Shown one piece after another: positions 1 to 7,874 of a DNA stretch of 52,743 nt. Each line of letters opens with the position of its first letter. Positions within the stretch are counted from its first letter, which is position 1. The stretch lies in IMG/VR virus record IMGVR_UViG_3300043773_000950, positions 1 to 52,743 of that record; one strand, given 5' to 3'. Made by a program: the position numbers and the translations under genes. Under the pieces are notes generated by a model that made no database searches, was not told the DNA's origin, and saw nothing but the letters and a program-made list of their open reading frames with translations. Source of the DNA: a virus. Lineage: Duplodnaviria > Caudoviricetes.

Positions 1-170
1 TGTCACTATATGAAGATATGGCACTCGACTGGCAGGAGGAGGCTGCCGATCTGCGCGGGGCACTGGTCACCCTGCACTGCCTGCTGGAATCTGCCCCAGA
101 ACAAACCCGTAACTGGTATAGGAACGGGGAGATGAGAGAAGAAGTTATCAAGGCACTGGGATACAAATGA
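1..170 (+). CDS. Small hypothetical protein, apparently spanning the end-to-start junction of the window
   Basis: Frame open from 3 to TGA at 168-170 (SLYEDMALDWQEEAADLRG...ALGYK), overlapping the next ATG (ATGA). The last base of the window (A) plus TG at 1-2 would form its ATG. Confidence 0.55.
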   Translation, partial: SLYEDMALDWQEEAADLRGALVTLHCLLESAPEQTRNWYRNGEMREEVIKALGYK

Positions 171-415
171 AATACGAAAGCGAACTAGAACACATCGAGC
201 AGTTCAGCGAGGAGGAGCGCGAGGAAATTGCTTCCTTCTATGAGAAGATGTCAAAAACATCAGACACGCCAGAGACGGACGCCAAGGCCAGCACCCACAT
301 TGGCTTCTATTCATGCGCCACTGTCCCTGCCGACTTCGCCCGCCGCCTTGAGCGTGAACGGAATGATCTTCAAGACAGACTCAACGAACTACTAAATAGA
401 CCAACATTAGTATGA
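167..415 (+). CDS. Hypothetical protein
   Basis: 82-aa ORF in a tightly overlapping run; contains the TPETDA...VPADFARRLERER pattern common in small phage proteins. Confidence 0.7.
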   Translation: MKYESELEHIEQFSEEEREEIASFYEKMSKTSDTPETDAKASTHIGFYSCATVPADFARRLERERNDLQDRLNELLNRPTLV

Positions 416-627
416 AGAAATCGTCACTATGGGCGATATACTGCCGGAAATACCCACAATTCGCCCAAGATGGAGAAATAACCCTCACCACAAAGGGACT
501 CCGAAAGTTCTTCGATACTACATGGGATACTGCCTACTATGACGGAGAGCCGGACGAAGAGATTACTTTCCCTCAAGAAGAGGAGTCAGAAGCACTCAAC
601 CATCTAAAAAAGATATTTGGGATGTGA
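412..627 (+). CDS. Hypothetical protein
   Basis: 71-aa ORF immediately adjoining the flanking ORFs. Confidence 0.65.
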   Translation: MKKSSLWAIYCRKYPQFAQDGEITLTTKGLRKFFDTTWDTAYYDGEPDEEITFPQEEESEALNHLKKIFGM

Positions 628-932
628 ACAATATGACAAACAAAGAACTGAAAGCGGAAATCCGCGAACTGAACAACGAGATCGACCGCCTCCGCGAGGC
701 CAAGGAAGACCTCTTCAAGTATAGACTGGAGCTACTGAGCATCACTCTGGAACTCACCCAATACTCGCGGGGGGAGAATAGCACCAAGGAAATCCTCCTA
801 AACCTCCTCTCAGACTACCATCGCATGAAAGCCGCCGAACTGGACAGGAAACTGGACGATATCCACTATGCACAAGATAAGGAAGAGGAAGACTGTGCAG
901 ACAAGCTAGAGGATCACGACTTCCAGCCGTAG
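624..932 (+). CDS. Hypothetical coiled-coil protein
   Basis: Heptad-like ELKAEIRELNNEIDRLRE; the true start may be the ATG at 633. Confidence 0.65.
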   Translation: MNNMTNKELKAEIRELNNEIDRLREAKEDLFKYRLELLSITLELTQYSRGENSTKEILLNLLSDYHRMKAAELDRKLDDIHYAQDKEEEDCADKLEDHDFQP

Positions 933-941
933 TTGTCTATA

Positions 942-1331
942 ATGGACTGGGACGAATACGCCATGTCTATAGCGGAAACCGTGGCAAGGAAGAGCAAAGA
1001 CCCATGGCATAAAGTCGGCGCAGTGATCCTAAGAGGGGATAATTCTGTAGCCTCAGTAGGATACAATGGGTTCCCACAAGGAGTCCCAGAAGACTGGCAA
1101 TCCCGCGAGAAAAGAAGATTACTTGTCATCCACGCAGAACAGAACGCACTCAGATACCTTAAACCGGGGGAAGGAAAGACACTCTACTCAACCCTCCTCC
1201 CCTGCAACGACTGCTTAAAGAGCATCGCCGCCCACCAAATAAAGAGAGTCCTCTACAAAGAAACATACAATGAAGACCAATCCTCCCTGTGGATATCAAC
1301 CCTACTGGGTATAGAACTAATACAGGTATAG
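942..1331 (+). CDS. dCMP deaminase (cytidine/deoxycytidylate deaminase family)
   Basis: SKDP..KVGAVI, GYNGFP, HAEQNAL and PCNDC zinc-binding motifs. Confidence 0.93.
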   Translation: MDWDEYAMSIAETVARKSKDPWHKVGAVILRGDNSVASVGYNGFPQGVPEDWQSREKRRLLVIHAEQNALRYLKPGEGKTLYSTLLPCNDCLKSIAAHQIKRVLYKETYNEDQSSLWISTLLGIELIQV

Positions 1332-1442
1332 ATTATCGATATCGATAAAAAGGAAGCACGGGGCAAAGAGAGTCCTCTATCGGGTATAAAGACCAACAAA
1401 ACAGGAGAGAATAGACCAGATAGGGTATAGAGAACCACAACA

Positions 1443-1625
1443 ATGAAAACCGAAACCGCATACCAAAAAATTGATAACCTAGAAAAGCTGGGAAGAATGC
1501 TGGCGGGCAAAGAAGCCGCGCCAACCATACATGTAGACGAAGACGGATTCTACTACATAGGAGAAAGAATGTTCACTGACTTCAGGGCAGCCAAGATCGC
1601 CATAGCAAAAGACACTTGGAGGTGA
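1443..1625 (+). CDS. Hypothetical protein
   Basis: 60-aa ORF with an A-rich leader; last gene before a long non-coding stretch. Confidence 0.55.
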   Translation: MKTETAYQKIDNLEKLGRMLAGKEAAPTIHVDEDGFYYIGERMFTDFRAAKIAIAKDTWR

Positions 1626-1740
1626 TAGGGAGGTTTTTTCTCGCTGGCTAAGGGACTTTCTCTACGCTGGGCCAATCCGCCACATGGTCGCCGGGGGAGG
1701 GTGGTGCCACGGGTCGCCCTCTGTGAGAAAAGAGATTCCT

Positions 1741-1804
1741 TTGTAGCTTGTGCTACACTCTGTAGGGGAGGGGCTTTCGTTGTAGTGATGGCTACACTCT
1801 GTAG
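1741..1804. repeat. Direct repeat TTGTAG-N5-GCTACACTCTGTAG, 2 copies 39 bp apart
   Basis: Copies at 1741-1765 and 1780-1804 in a non-coding region. Confidence 0.75.
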
Positions 1805-1869
1805 TGTGTGAGAGTATCGTTGAACGATACGGGGGGCTTTTTTTCTCTCACTTATTTTCTCACAAACTA

Positions 1870-1898
1870 TTGACAAGCGGGGGGGTTGCTGGTAGTCT
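1870..1898 (+). promoter_or_regulatory. Sigma70-type promoter
   Basis: TTGACA (1870-1875), 17-bp spacer, TAGTCT (1893-1898) preceded by TGn (extended -10). Confidence 0.7.
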
Positions 1899-2076
1899 TA
1901 TGCATGAAGGTTGGAATGGATTTCCTCCCATCAATTGTTCTCTGAAAGTCTAATCGTTCACTTCATTTCCTGAACTCCGTTCCTTCGCTTGCGATCATGC
2001 AGCGGAAACAAAAACACGAATCCGTTTATCGTTACGATATTCGTTTCGGTAGTGTGAGGGTGCGGAAACGCAGGAA

Positions 2077-2790
2077 ATGAAAACGAAAACAAAAAACGCA
2101 AAACTTGAGATCGTTCGTGATGCCGCATCAATTGATGCACTGCTTACTCGGAATGATCGTGGGTATTTGAACGCAAACGCAAAGCTTGCTGATGTTCCAA
2201 CCGCCGACCTTGTGACATATGCTGTCACGAAGTTGGAAGCGGGACAGAGCGCCTTGCGCGATGCGGTCTTATTCGCTGGTGCTGTCTTTAAGACATGCAC
2301 GGAAGAAAAAGCAAAACTGTTTGCTGATGGCCTCACTGTCACTTTTGGCGGAATGTCTAAGGACATTCTCTCAATAGGACGGGCCTTGCCACAGTTTGAG
2401 GCGCGCGGCCTTTCCCTCTCAAATGTTCGCGACCTTTACGGGTTGCGTGACATTAGGAAGCTCGCCCTCGGTGAAGACAAAGCGGTTGCCGACAAAGCAA
2501 TCGCGCTTCTTAATGCTGGCAAGCCCGCACGGGTTGCGCGAAAAGAAATAATTGACGCGCAATCGCCCGCCGTTGCAATAATCGGCGCAGAAAGCAAAGC
2601 AAAGCAGGAAGCGGCGCCGCAACCAGAGCCTGCCAATCCAGAGGAGAAAGCGGAGGTGATCCGCCGCCTCTTTACTGGTTACGCGGAAAAGGTTCAAGAG
2701 TTGTTTGATCATGATGAACGCGTAAAAATCGCGCAGCAGGCCGTGGCGAAATTGAAGCTCGCGGGGTGGAGCCTGCAGAAAGTGAAGTGA
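2077..2790 (+). CDS. Hypothetical protein, monocistronic early gene
   Basis: 237-aa Ala/Lys-rich ORF between the 1870 promoter and a strong terminator. Confidence 0.8.
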   Translation: MKTKTKNAKLEIVRDAASIDALLTRNDRGYLNANAKLADVPTADLVTYAVTKLEAGQSALRDAVLFAGAVFKTCTEEKAKLFADGLTVTFGGMSKDILSIGRALPQFEARGLSLSNVRDLYGLRDIRKLALGEDKAVADKAIALLNAGKPARVARKEIIDAQSPAVAIIGAESKAKQEAAPQPEPANPEEKAEVIRRLFTGYAEKVQELFDHDERVKIAQQAVAKLKLAGWSLQKVK

Positions 2791-2793
2791 ACG

Positions 2794-2832
2794 AAAAAAT
2801 GGGGAGTGACCTTCGGGTTGCTCCCCTTTTTT
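2794..2832. terminator. Intrinsic terminator, probably bidirectional
   Basis: A-run, GGGGAGTGACC-TTCG-GGTTGCTCCCC hairpin, T-run; lies between convergent genes. Confidence 0.85.
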
Positions 2833-2859
2833 GTGCCCAGATTTTTCGGGCGTTTTGCT

Positions 2860-3462
2860 CTATGCCGTGAGTGCGGTTTGCTCTTCCTCTTCCCGGCTTT
2901 GGCTATCGGTAACGATAGCATCTTGGGGGGCGCTTTTCTCTTCCACGACTTCGATGATATGTTTTCCATTAACATATCCCATCTCATCCTTTGCTGGCGG
3001 CGTGACATGGAGCGAGATCATGGCATTCACGCTCATTGCCTTCTGATTCTGAACCTCTTGCTGATCCAATCCCAGCGTCCTCCTCGCCGTCTTGTCGAGT
3101 TCTGTGAGCAGTTCCAACCTTTCCTTTTGTTCCTTCGTTCCTGTGAGTTTCCTTCTGCCCTCAATCACCTTTCTCTCTTCCTCGATCTGTTTCAGCATAA
3201 ACCACAGATGGGCTTCACTTTCCTCTCCCATCCGGTGAATCAGCTTTTTTTCTATCTTCGCGGCGGCTTGCGTTCTGATGAGGTCGCGCTGCTTCGCCCA
3301 TCTTTCCTTAACCATCACATTCCTAAAGTAAAACGGAGACAGACCCTTGTATTGTGGGAGTTTTGTTATGTCTGCAACATCCATCCCCGCCATGTAGTGC
3401 GCCTTTATCTCTTCCCAGTTCCACTTCTTCGGCCTTCCGATGTTTTCTGGATTCCTGTCCAT
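2860..3462 (-). CDS. Putative terminase small subunit / HTH DNA-binding protein
   Basis: N-terminal GRPKK-WNWEEIKAHYMAG HTH-like pattern followed by helical/coiled-coil segments, as in many TerS proteins. Start placed at ATG 3462. Confidence 0.5.
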   Translation of the reverse strand: MDRNPENIGRPKKWNWEEIKAHYMAGMDVADITKLPQYKGLSPFYFRNVMVKERWAKQRDLIRTQAAAKIEKKLIHRMGEESEAHLWFMLKQIEEERKVIEGRRKLTGTKEQKERLELLTELDKTARRTLGLDQQEVQNQKAMSVNAMISLHVTPPAKDEMGYVNGKHIIEVVEEKSAPQDAIVTDSQSREEEEQTALTA

Positions 3463-3528
3463 GTCCGGCAAGCTACCTCGTCCACATTTTCTTGTCAACT
3501 TCCATCGCCCTCGTTCAACACAAAAGTA

Positions 3529-3557
3529 TTGACAAAAATAGTTCTTTGTGGTAGTAT
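3529..3557 (+). promoter_or_regulatory. Sigma70-type early promoter
   Basis: TTGACA (3529-3534), 17-bp spacer, TAGTAT (3552-3557) preceded by TGn; points into the early gene array. Confidence 0.75.
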
Positions 3558-3766
3558 ATTGAAAGTCGGCGGATTGGATATTCGCATCGACAATGACTCT
3601 TTGACATACTGAATGTTTTTCAGTTTCGGTTTTTCGTGTCCCCTTCCGCCTTGTTCATTTCCGGGCGGTTGGGGTAATGCGGCGCAAGTTCTCGTTAACG
3701 ATAACTTGATGCGGTGACAAGCCCGTAAAGCAAAACGCAAACGCAGAGTCACAACACACGAAAACA

Positions 3767-4039
3767 ATGGTTACAAGAAAACTACTGAAAGATCGACTTG
3801 AATACCTATTCAATGTCACTGGAGTTCGCTACGAGCTATCCTGTCAGGCTTCTGGCAATGGCAAGGGCTACTCCGTCATGCTTAACGGCTCCCATGTGAT
3901 GACCTATGGTCATGTCCCCGCGTCTGTCCTTGATGCTTGCATCACGGCATTCTCGAAGGGATTCCATCTTGCAGAAGATGGGTTCAAGCCAAGGGAAATA
4001 CTATCAGCAATCGCTGCTGGATACGGGGAGGCACAATGA
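3767..4039 (+). CDS. Hypothetical early protein
   Basis: ATG directly after the ACACACGAAAACA leader. Confidence 0.75.
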   Translation: MVTRKLLKDRLEYLFNVTGVRYELSCQASGNGKGYSVMLNGSHVMTYGHVPASVLDACITAFSKGFHLAEDGFKPREILSAIAAGYGEAQ

Positions 4040-4272
4040 CAACAGGTGAAGTAATAGAACTAAGTGGAACAATCACAATCAATTCGCCAGTTCATGGCGC
4101 AAAGTTTGTGTTTGCAAACAAGGTGCAACAGCTTGTCTACAAGCGTCTCGTTCAACGATATGGCATTGAGCCTCGCAACATCTATCAAGGATTCTGCGGG
4201 GACAATGTCGTATTCTGCGAGTGGGATCACATCACAATCGGCATTGAGGAGGATGGCTATGCACACTCGTGA
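4036..4272 (+). CDS. Hypothetical early protein
   Basis: ATGA overlap with the previous stop; ends ITIGIEEDGYAHS. Confidence 0.7.
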   Translation: MTTGEVIELSGTITINSPVHGAKFVFANKVQQLVYKRLVQRYGIEPRNIYQGFCGDNVVFCEWDHITIGIEEDGYAHS

Positions 4273-4498
4273 AGTAACATCCGACAAGGGTAGCAAATAC
4301 ATCCTCCCCGTAGTCTCCGAAGATGAGATGAAAGAGATCATGTTCGGGCTTGGATCGCCCGGATGGTGTCTTGTTTGCGGTGAGGAGGTCGACGGCGTTG
4401 AGCCAGACGCTCGCAGATATGAATGCGAGAGCTGTGGTCAGCGTCGAGTATATGGAATGGAAGAGTTGCTTATGATGAATCTTCTCATCATCGAGTAA
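4259..4498 (+). CDS. Small zinc-ribbon protein
   Basis: GWCLVCG...VEPDARRYECESCG (two CxxC pairs). Confidence 0.75.
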   Translation: MHTREVTSDKGSKYILPVVSEDEMKEIMFGLGSPGWCLVCGEEVDGVEPDARRYECESCGQRRVYGMEELLMMNLLIIE

Positions 4499-4576
4499 TT
4501 AGCCACTCTGCTCTGTTATCGTTACGATAGCAGGGCAGCAGGCTGGTTACAACCAACCAGCGAAAACACGAAACAA

Positions 4577-5176
4577 ATGAAAGATACATTACATACAGAA
4601 TCCTACAGAGGATATACAATCAATATCGTTCGCGATATCGATCCAGAAAACCCGCGTGAGTGGGACAACATTGGAACGATTGTGTGCTGGCATCGCAGAT
4701 ATAGGCTCGGTGACCCGCACAAGTTCTCAAATCCAGATGAGTTCAACGAATGGATTAGGGAGCAAGGTCAGATGATCGTCCTTCCCGTGTTTCTCTATGA
4801 TCACAGTGGGTTGGCTATTCAATGTGAGCCGTTCTCTTGTCCTTGGGACTCTGGTCAAGTCGGATACATCTATTGCTCAATTAAGCAAGCAAAGAAAGAA
4901 TTCGGCGGGACAAGTGAAGAGTTGATAGTCAAGGCAGAGTCATGGCTTCGCTCAGAAGTGGAGATATACAACAACTTCCTTCAAGGCAATGTTGTTGTAT
5001 GGACTGCGGTGAACGCCAATGGAGTAGAGTGGGATTCGTGCGGGGGATATTACCCAGACTGCGGCACGAATGGCACTCGCCAGTGGGATCAGCCCATCGA
5101 AGACGCCAAGTTGATTATTGATTCCACCATCGAGGCCGATGAGAGAAACGCCATCGATGCGTGCCTCAATATATAG
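4577..5176 (+). CDS. Conserved hypothetical phage protein
   Basis: ENPREWDN, LYDHSG and WDSGQVG motifs, which I recognise from phage/mobile-element proteins of unknown function. Confidence 0.8.
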   Translation: MKDTLHTESYRGYTINIVRDIDPENPREWDNIGTIVCWHRRYRLGDPHKFSNPDEFNEWIREQGQMIVLPVFLYDHSGLAIQCEPFSCPWDSGQVGYIYCSIKQAKKEFGGTSEELIVKAESWLRSEVEIYNNFLQGNVVVWTAVNANGVEWDSCGGYYPDCGTNGTRQWDQPIEDAKLIIDSTIEADERNAIDACLNI

Positions 5177-5256
5177 TTAGACACACCGCTTCTCGTTAAC
5201 GATAACGGGGAGCGGTAGTCTGACATACAACCATGTCGGAAACACACGAAACAAAT

Positions 5257-5934
5257 ATGTATATCATACATGAAACCAATGATTTGGTAGCCATTGCCAC
5301 GCGCAATTCTACCAATAGAAAAACAGGCAAATCAGTTCAGATATGGATTCTCGATGCACAGATGCATCCAGTAGAATCCAGAAGGTCTGGGCGTGACGCG
5401 GAGAATCAATGCAACGGATGCCCGTTCGCAAGCAACAATGGTTGCTATGTGAATGCCAATCCCATCGCATCGATCTGGCGGGCGTATCAGCGCGGCTCAT
5501 ATGAATACCTTCAGATGGGCACACGCGAGTGGTATGACTTCTTCTCCGTCCCGTTTGTGCGCTTCGGTGCTTATGGCAATCCATCCCATCTCCCACTTGA
5601 GATGGTGTATGACATTTCCAGACTCGCCACGCGTATCACGGGATATTTCCACGACTGGAACTCCATGCCAGCCGGACTCGCCAAGTCATACGGCAAGTTC
5701 TTCATGGCATCCTGTGAGCCAGAGAATGTCGAGTATGCCCGCAATCTTGGGCTTCGCACATTCACCATATCCAACGAGCGTATCGGTAACGATATCGAAT
5801 GCCTCGCGGATTCCAAGGGGCTTACTTGCGCGGAGTGTGGGCTGTGTGACGGCAACCGCCGCCGCAATAGCCTCCCATCCGTGTGGATCAATCCTCATGG
5901 TTACCAGAAGAAGAAAGCGGAGGCCGCACTATGA
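5257..5934 (+). CDS. Cys-rich protein, possibly metal/Fe-S binding (gp88-like or degenerate radical-SAM-like)
   Basis: CNGCP...CYV, VRFGAYGNP, TGYFHDW, FMASC, TCAECGLC. Start at ATG 5257 after the conserved leader. Family assignment is from memory only. Confidence 0.6.
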   Translation: MYIIHETNDLVAIATRNSTNRKTGKSVQIWILDAQMHPVESRRSGRDAENQCNGCPFASNNGCYVNANPIASIWRAYQRGSYEYLQMGTREWYDFFSVPFVRFGAYGNPSHLPLEMVYDISRLATRITGYFHDWNSMPAGLAKSYGKFFMASCEPENVEYARNLGLRTFTISNERIGNDIECLADSKGLTCAECGLCDGNRRRNSLPSVWINPHGYQKKKAEAAL

Positions 5935-6107
5935 GAGAAGTTAAACGCTACAGACCAAGCCCTCTCGCCTCATCCAAGTGGGTGGAGGAGTTCAACAACA
6001 GGCAGAATGTGGAGCTTCGCAAGGCCAAGGAAAAGTTCTCTTGGCTTGTGCTTATCCTCCTCATCAATGTCGGACTGATTGCCTTGCTTACCATTATCAA
6101 TTGGTAG
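5931..6107 (+). CDS. Small membrane protein
   Basis: ATGA overlap; C-terminal hydrophobic helix WLVLILLINVGLIALLTIINW. Confidence 0.65.
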   Translation: MREVKRYRPSPLASSKWVEEFNNRQNVELRKAKEKFSWLVLILLINVGLIALLTIINW

Positions 6108-6189
6108 CAGACACTCTGGTGTTATCGGTAAACGATAACGCCAGCAGTCTGCTTGCATGGTGCAAGTAGATAACCAAAACACGAAACAT

Positions 6190-6564
6190 ATGAATACATA
6201 CTATAAAAACGACAACGGCAACTTCATCCCCGCTGAAATCAGCTCGGAAGATGCAATCGCAATCCTCATCCAGTCGGCAGTCACCAATGCTGTCAACAAG
6301 GTCAATAACCTCATCATCAATGAAGTTATTTCCCGTGTTAGCGATGCGGTGAGTGATCAGAATATCCAAGGTAAAGTCATAGAACATCTTGGCTCAATGG
6401 ATATTCATGAGCGGGTTAACGATGCAGTATCCAATGCAATCAAAGATTACGATTACGATGGTGCAATCGACAATGCATTAGATAGCATAGACATCGACGA
6501 GATGGTCACAGAGAAAGTCACCGATCATCTCGATTCCTGCTCTATTCAAGTAAGGATCGACTAA
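6190..6564 (+). CDS. Hypothetical acidic helical protein
   Basis: Starts after AAACACGAAACAT; internal D-I-x-E-x-V-like repeats. Confidence 0.75.
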   Translation: MNTYYKNDNGNFIPAEISSEDAIAILIQSAVTNAVNKVNNLIINEVISRVSDAVSDQNIQGKVIEHLGSMDIHERVNDAVSNAIKDYDYDGAIDNALDSIDIDEMVTEKVTDHLDSCSIQVRID

Positions 6565-6645
6565 TCAGACACTCCGCTCATTATCGTTTAACGATAGTGG
6601 GCGGCAGTCTGCTTACATGGTGTATGCAGAAAACACGAAACACAA

Positions 6646-7110
6646 ATGACAAGAGAACAATACGCTGAAGGCAAGATATACGAGGAGTTTACTCCTATTG
6701 ATACATGGGAAGCAACCATCGAACATCTGAATGATGATTACTCATTCAGTTGTGTCGGCGGCCCATTTGTTGAACTGTCACCCGGTGATATGCTGTCGAA
6801 ATACGACTACGATGGATTCCAAGATTATCGTAGACGATATGTCGAGCGCATGATCCTTGAGAAGAAGTGGGCCTATGTCGGTGGAGATGTTTATGACATC
6901 GAAGCCAAGTGGTCTTACGATGGTATCCTCAACCAAGTCAAGGATTGCGATCCATACCATATCAGCGGGACAGATTCAGAAGATGGCTGGTATTACTACG
7001 ATGACAAGGCATTCTGCTGCGGGCCATTCGGCACTGAGGCGGATGCTTATGACAACGCAGTCCAACAGTATTGGAACAACCTAATGGAGGTATCATGCTG
7101 CGAAAACTAA
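6646..7110 (+). CDS. Hypothetical acidic protein
   Basis: 154-aa D/E/Y-rich ORF after a repeat unit; GWYY...GPF motif. Confidence 0.75.
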   Translation: MTREQYAEGKIYEEFTPIDTWEATIEHLNDDYSFSCVGGPFVELSPGDMLSKYDYDGFQDYRRRYVERMILEKKWAYVGGDVYDIEAKWSYDGILNQVKDCDPYHISGTDSEDGWYYYDDKAFCCGPFGTEADAYDNAVQQYWNNLMEVSCCEN

Positions 7111-7364
7111 TCACATCGCACGGCATTCCTTTCAATGTGGTTCTTGATACCACAAAGGATGAACCAATAGTCAGCTTCTACGATGCCCGCTGGAACTTCA
7201 CCGAATATGGTCAGTTCACGGGCGGGAGCTACTATGCATCAACACTCCTTGAGGATAGTCCGGGTGGACTCTTCCTCGACACAGGCACTCCAGACTGGAG
7301 GATAGATCACGCGGAGATGCGTGAAGTCCTCAATTGGCTCTCGGATTGCCTAATATCCAAGTAA
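7095..7364 (+). CDS. Hypothetical protein
   Basis: GGAGG at 7086-7090 before ATG 7095; PIVSFYDARW...GQF...YY...L pattern. Confidence 0.7.
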   Translation: MLRKLITSHGIPFNVVLDTTKDEPIVSFYDARWNFTEYGQFTGGSYYASTLLEDSPGGLFLDTGTPDWRIDHAEMREVLNWLSDCLISK

Positions 7365-7446
7365 CCAGACACTCCGTCCGTTATCGTCAACGATAGCGGG
7401 CGGAAGTCTGGTAGCATGGTGCTACTGGTAAACAACAAACACGAAA

Positions 7447-7794
7447 ATGACAAACACAAACAAAATAAACGAAGCAATAAGCAAGAAAGTATCAGAGATA
7501 GTAGATAGAGAAGCCGACGAGCTTTTCATAGCTATCTGCAATTGGTCAGAAAAGAACCCAATCAAGATTAGTCCTTACTCTGAAGATGGAAAGATATTTT
7601 CAAGGAATTATCACTCACTTGCTACTTGGCATCACCTCTCATCAAATGAAAGGGAGACATATCAACCATTTGTTGATGCTACAGTCAAGATGATGTCCAA
7701 GTGGAAGCAGGCAAGGCACAACTACCTCTTCGAGAAAGCAGCGAAAGAGATCATCGAGAGGGCAAACATATTTCTTCCAGAAAGCCTAAAGTAG
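7447..7794 (+). CDS. Hypothetical protein
   Basis: 115-aa ORF bracketed by two repeat units. Confidence 0.75.
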   Translation: MTNTNKINEAISKKVSEIVDREADELFIAICNWSEKNPIKISPYSEDGKIFSRNYHSLATWHHLSSNERETYQPFVDATVKMMSKWKQARHNYLFEKAAKEIIERANIFLPESLK

Positions 7795-7874
7795 TCAGAC
7801 ACACTCTCCCCGTGCATGCGGGGGGAGTAGTCTGATGGCATGGTGCTATCAGTAAACACAGAAAACAGAAACAT

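Larger units (their letters stand above)
3679..7874 (+). repeat. Family of seven ~80-nt intergenic double-hairpin units: 3679-3766 (divergent), 4499-4576, 5177-5256, 6108-6189, 6565-6645, 7365-7446, 7795-7874
   Basis: Shared layout YAGAC-AC-stem-palindrome-stem-AGTCTG, second hairpin (loop TGG or ACAACC), AAACACGAAA, ATG. Compensatory changes in the stems. Confidence 0.9.

Noticed and set aside
2806-3612. 268-aa + strand ORF
   Set aside because: Antisense shadow of 2860-3462; begins inside a terminator and its Leu/Phe bias mirrors a Lys/Glu-rich opposite strand.
3679-7874. CRISPR array interpretation of the early repeats
   Set aside because: Units are ~80 nt, divergent, and separated by whole genes of 350-850 bp rather than 30-40-bp spacers; no cas operon.
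3679-7874. True integron with attC sites
   Set aside because: No tyrosine recombinase recognisable and no consistent RYYYAAC/GTTRRRY ends; kept only as an analogy.
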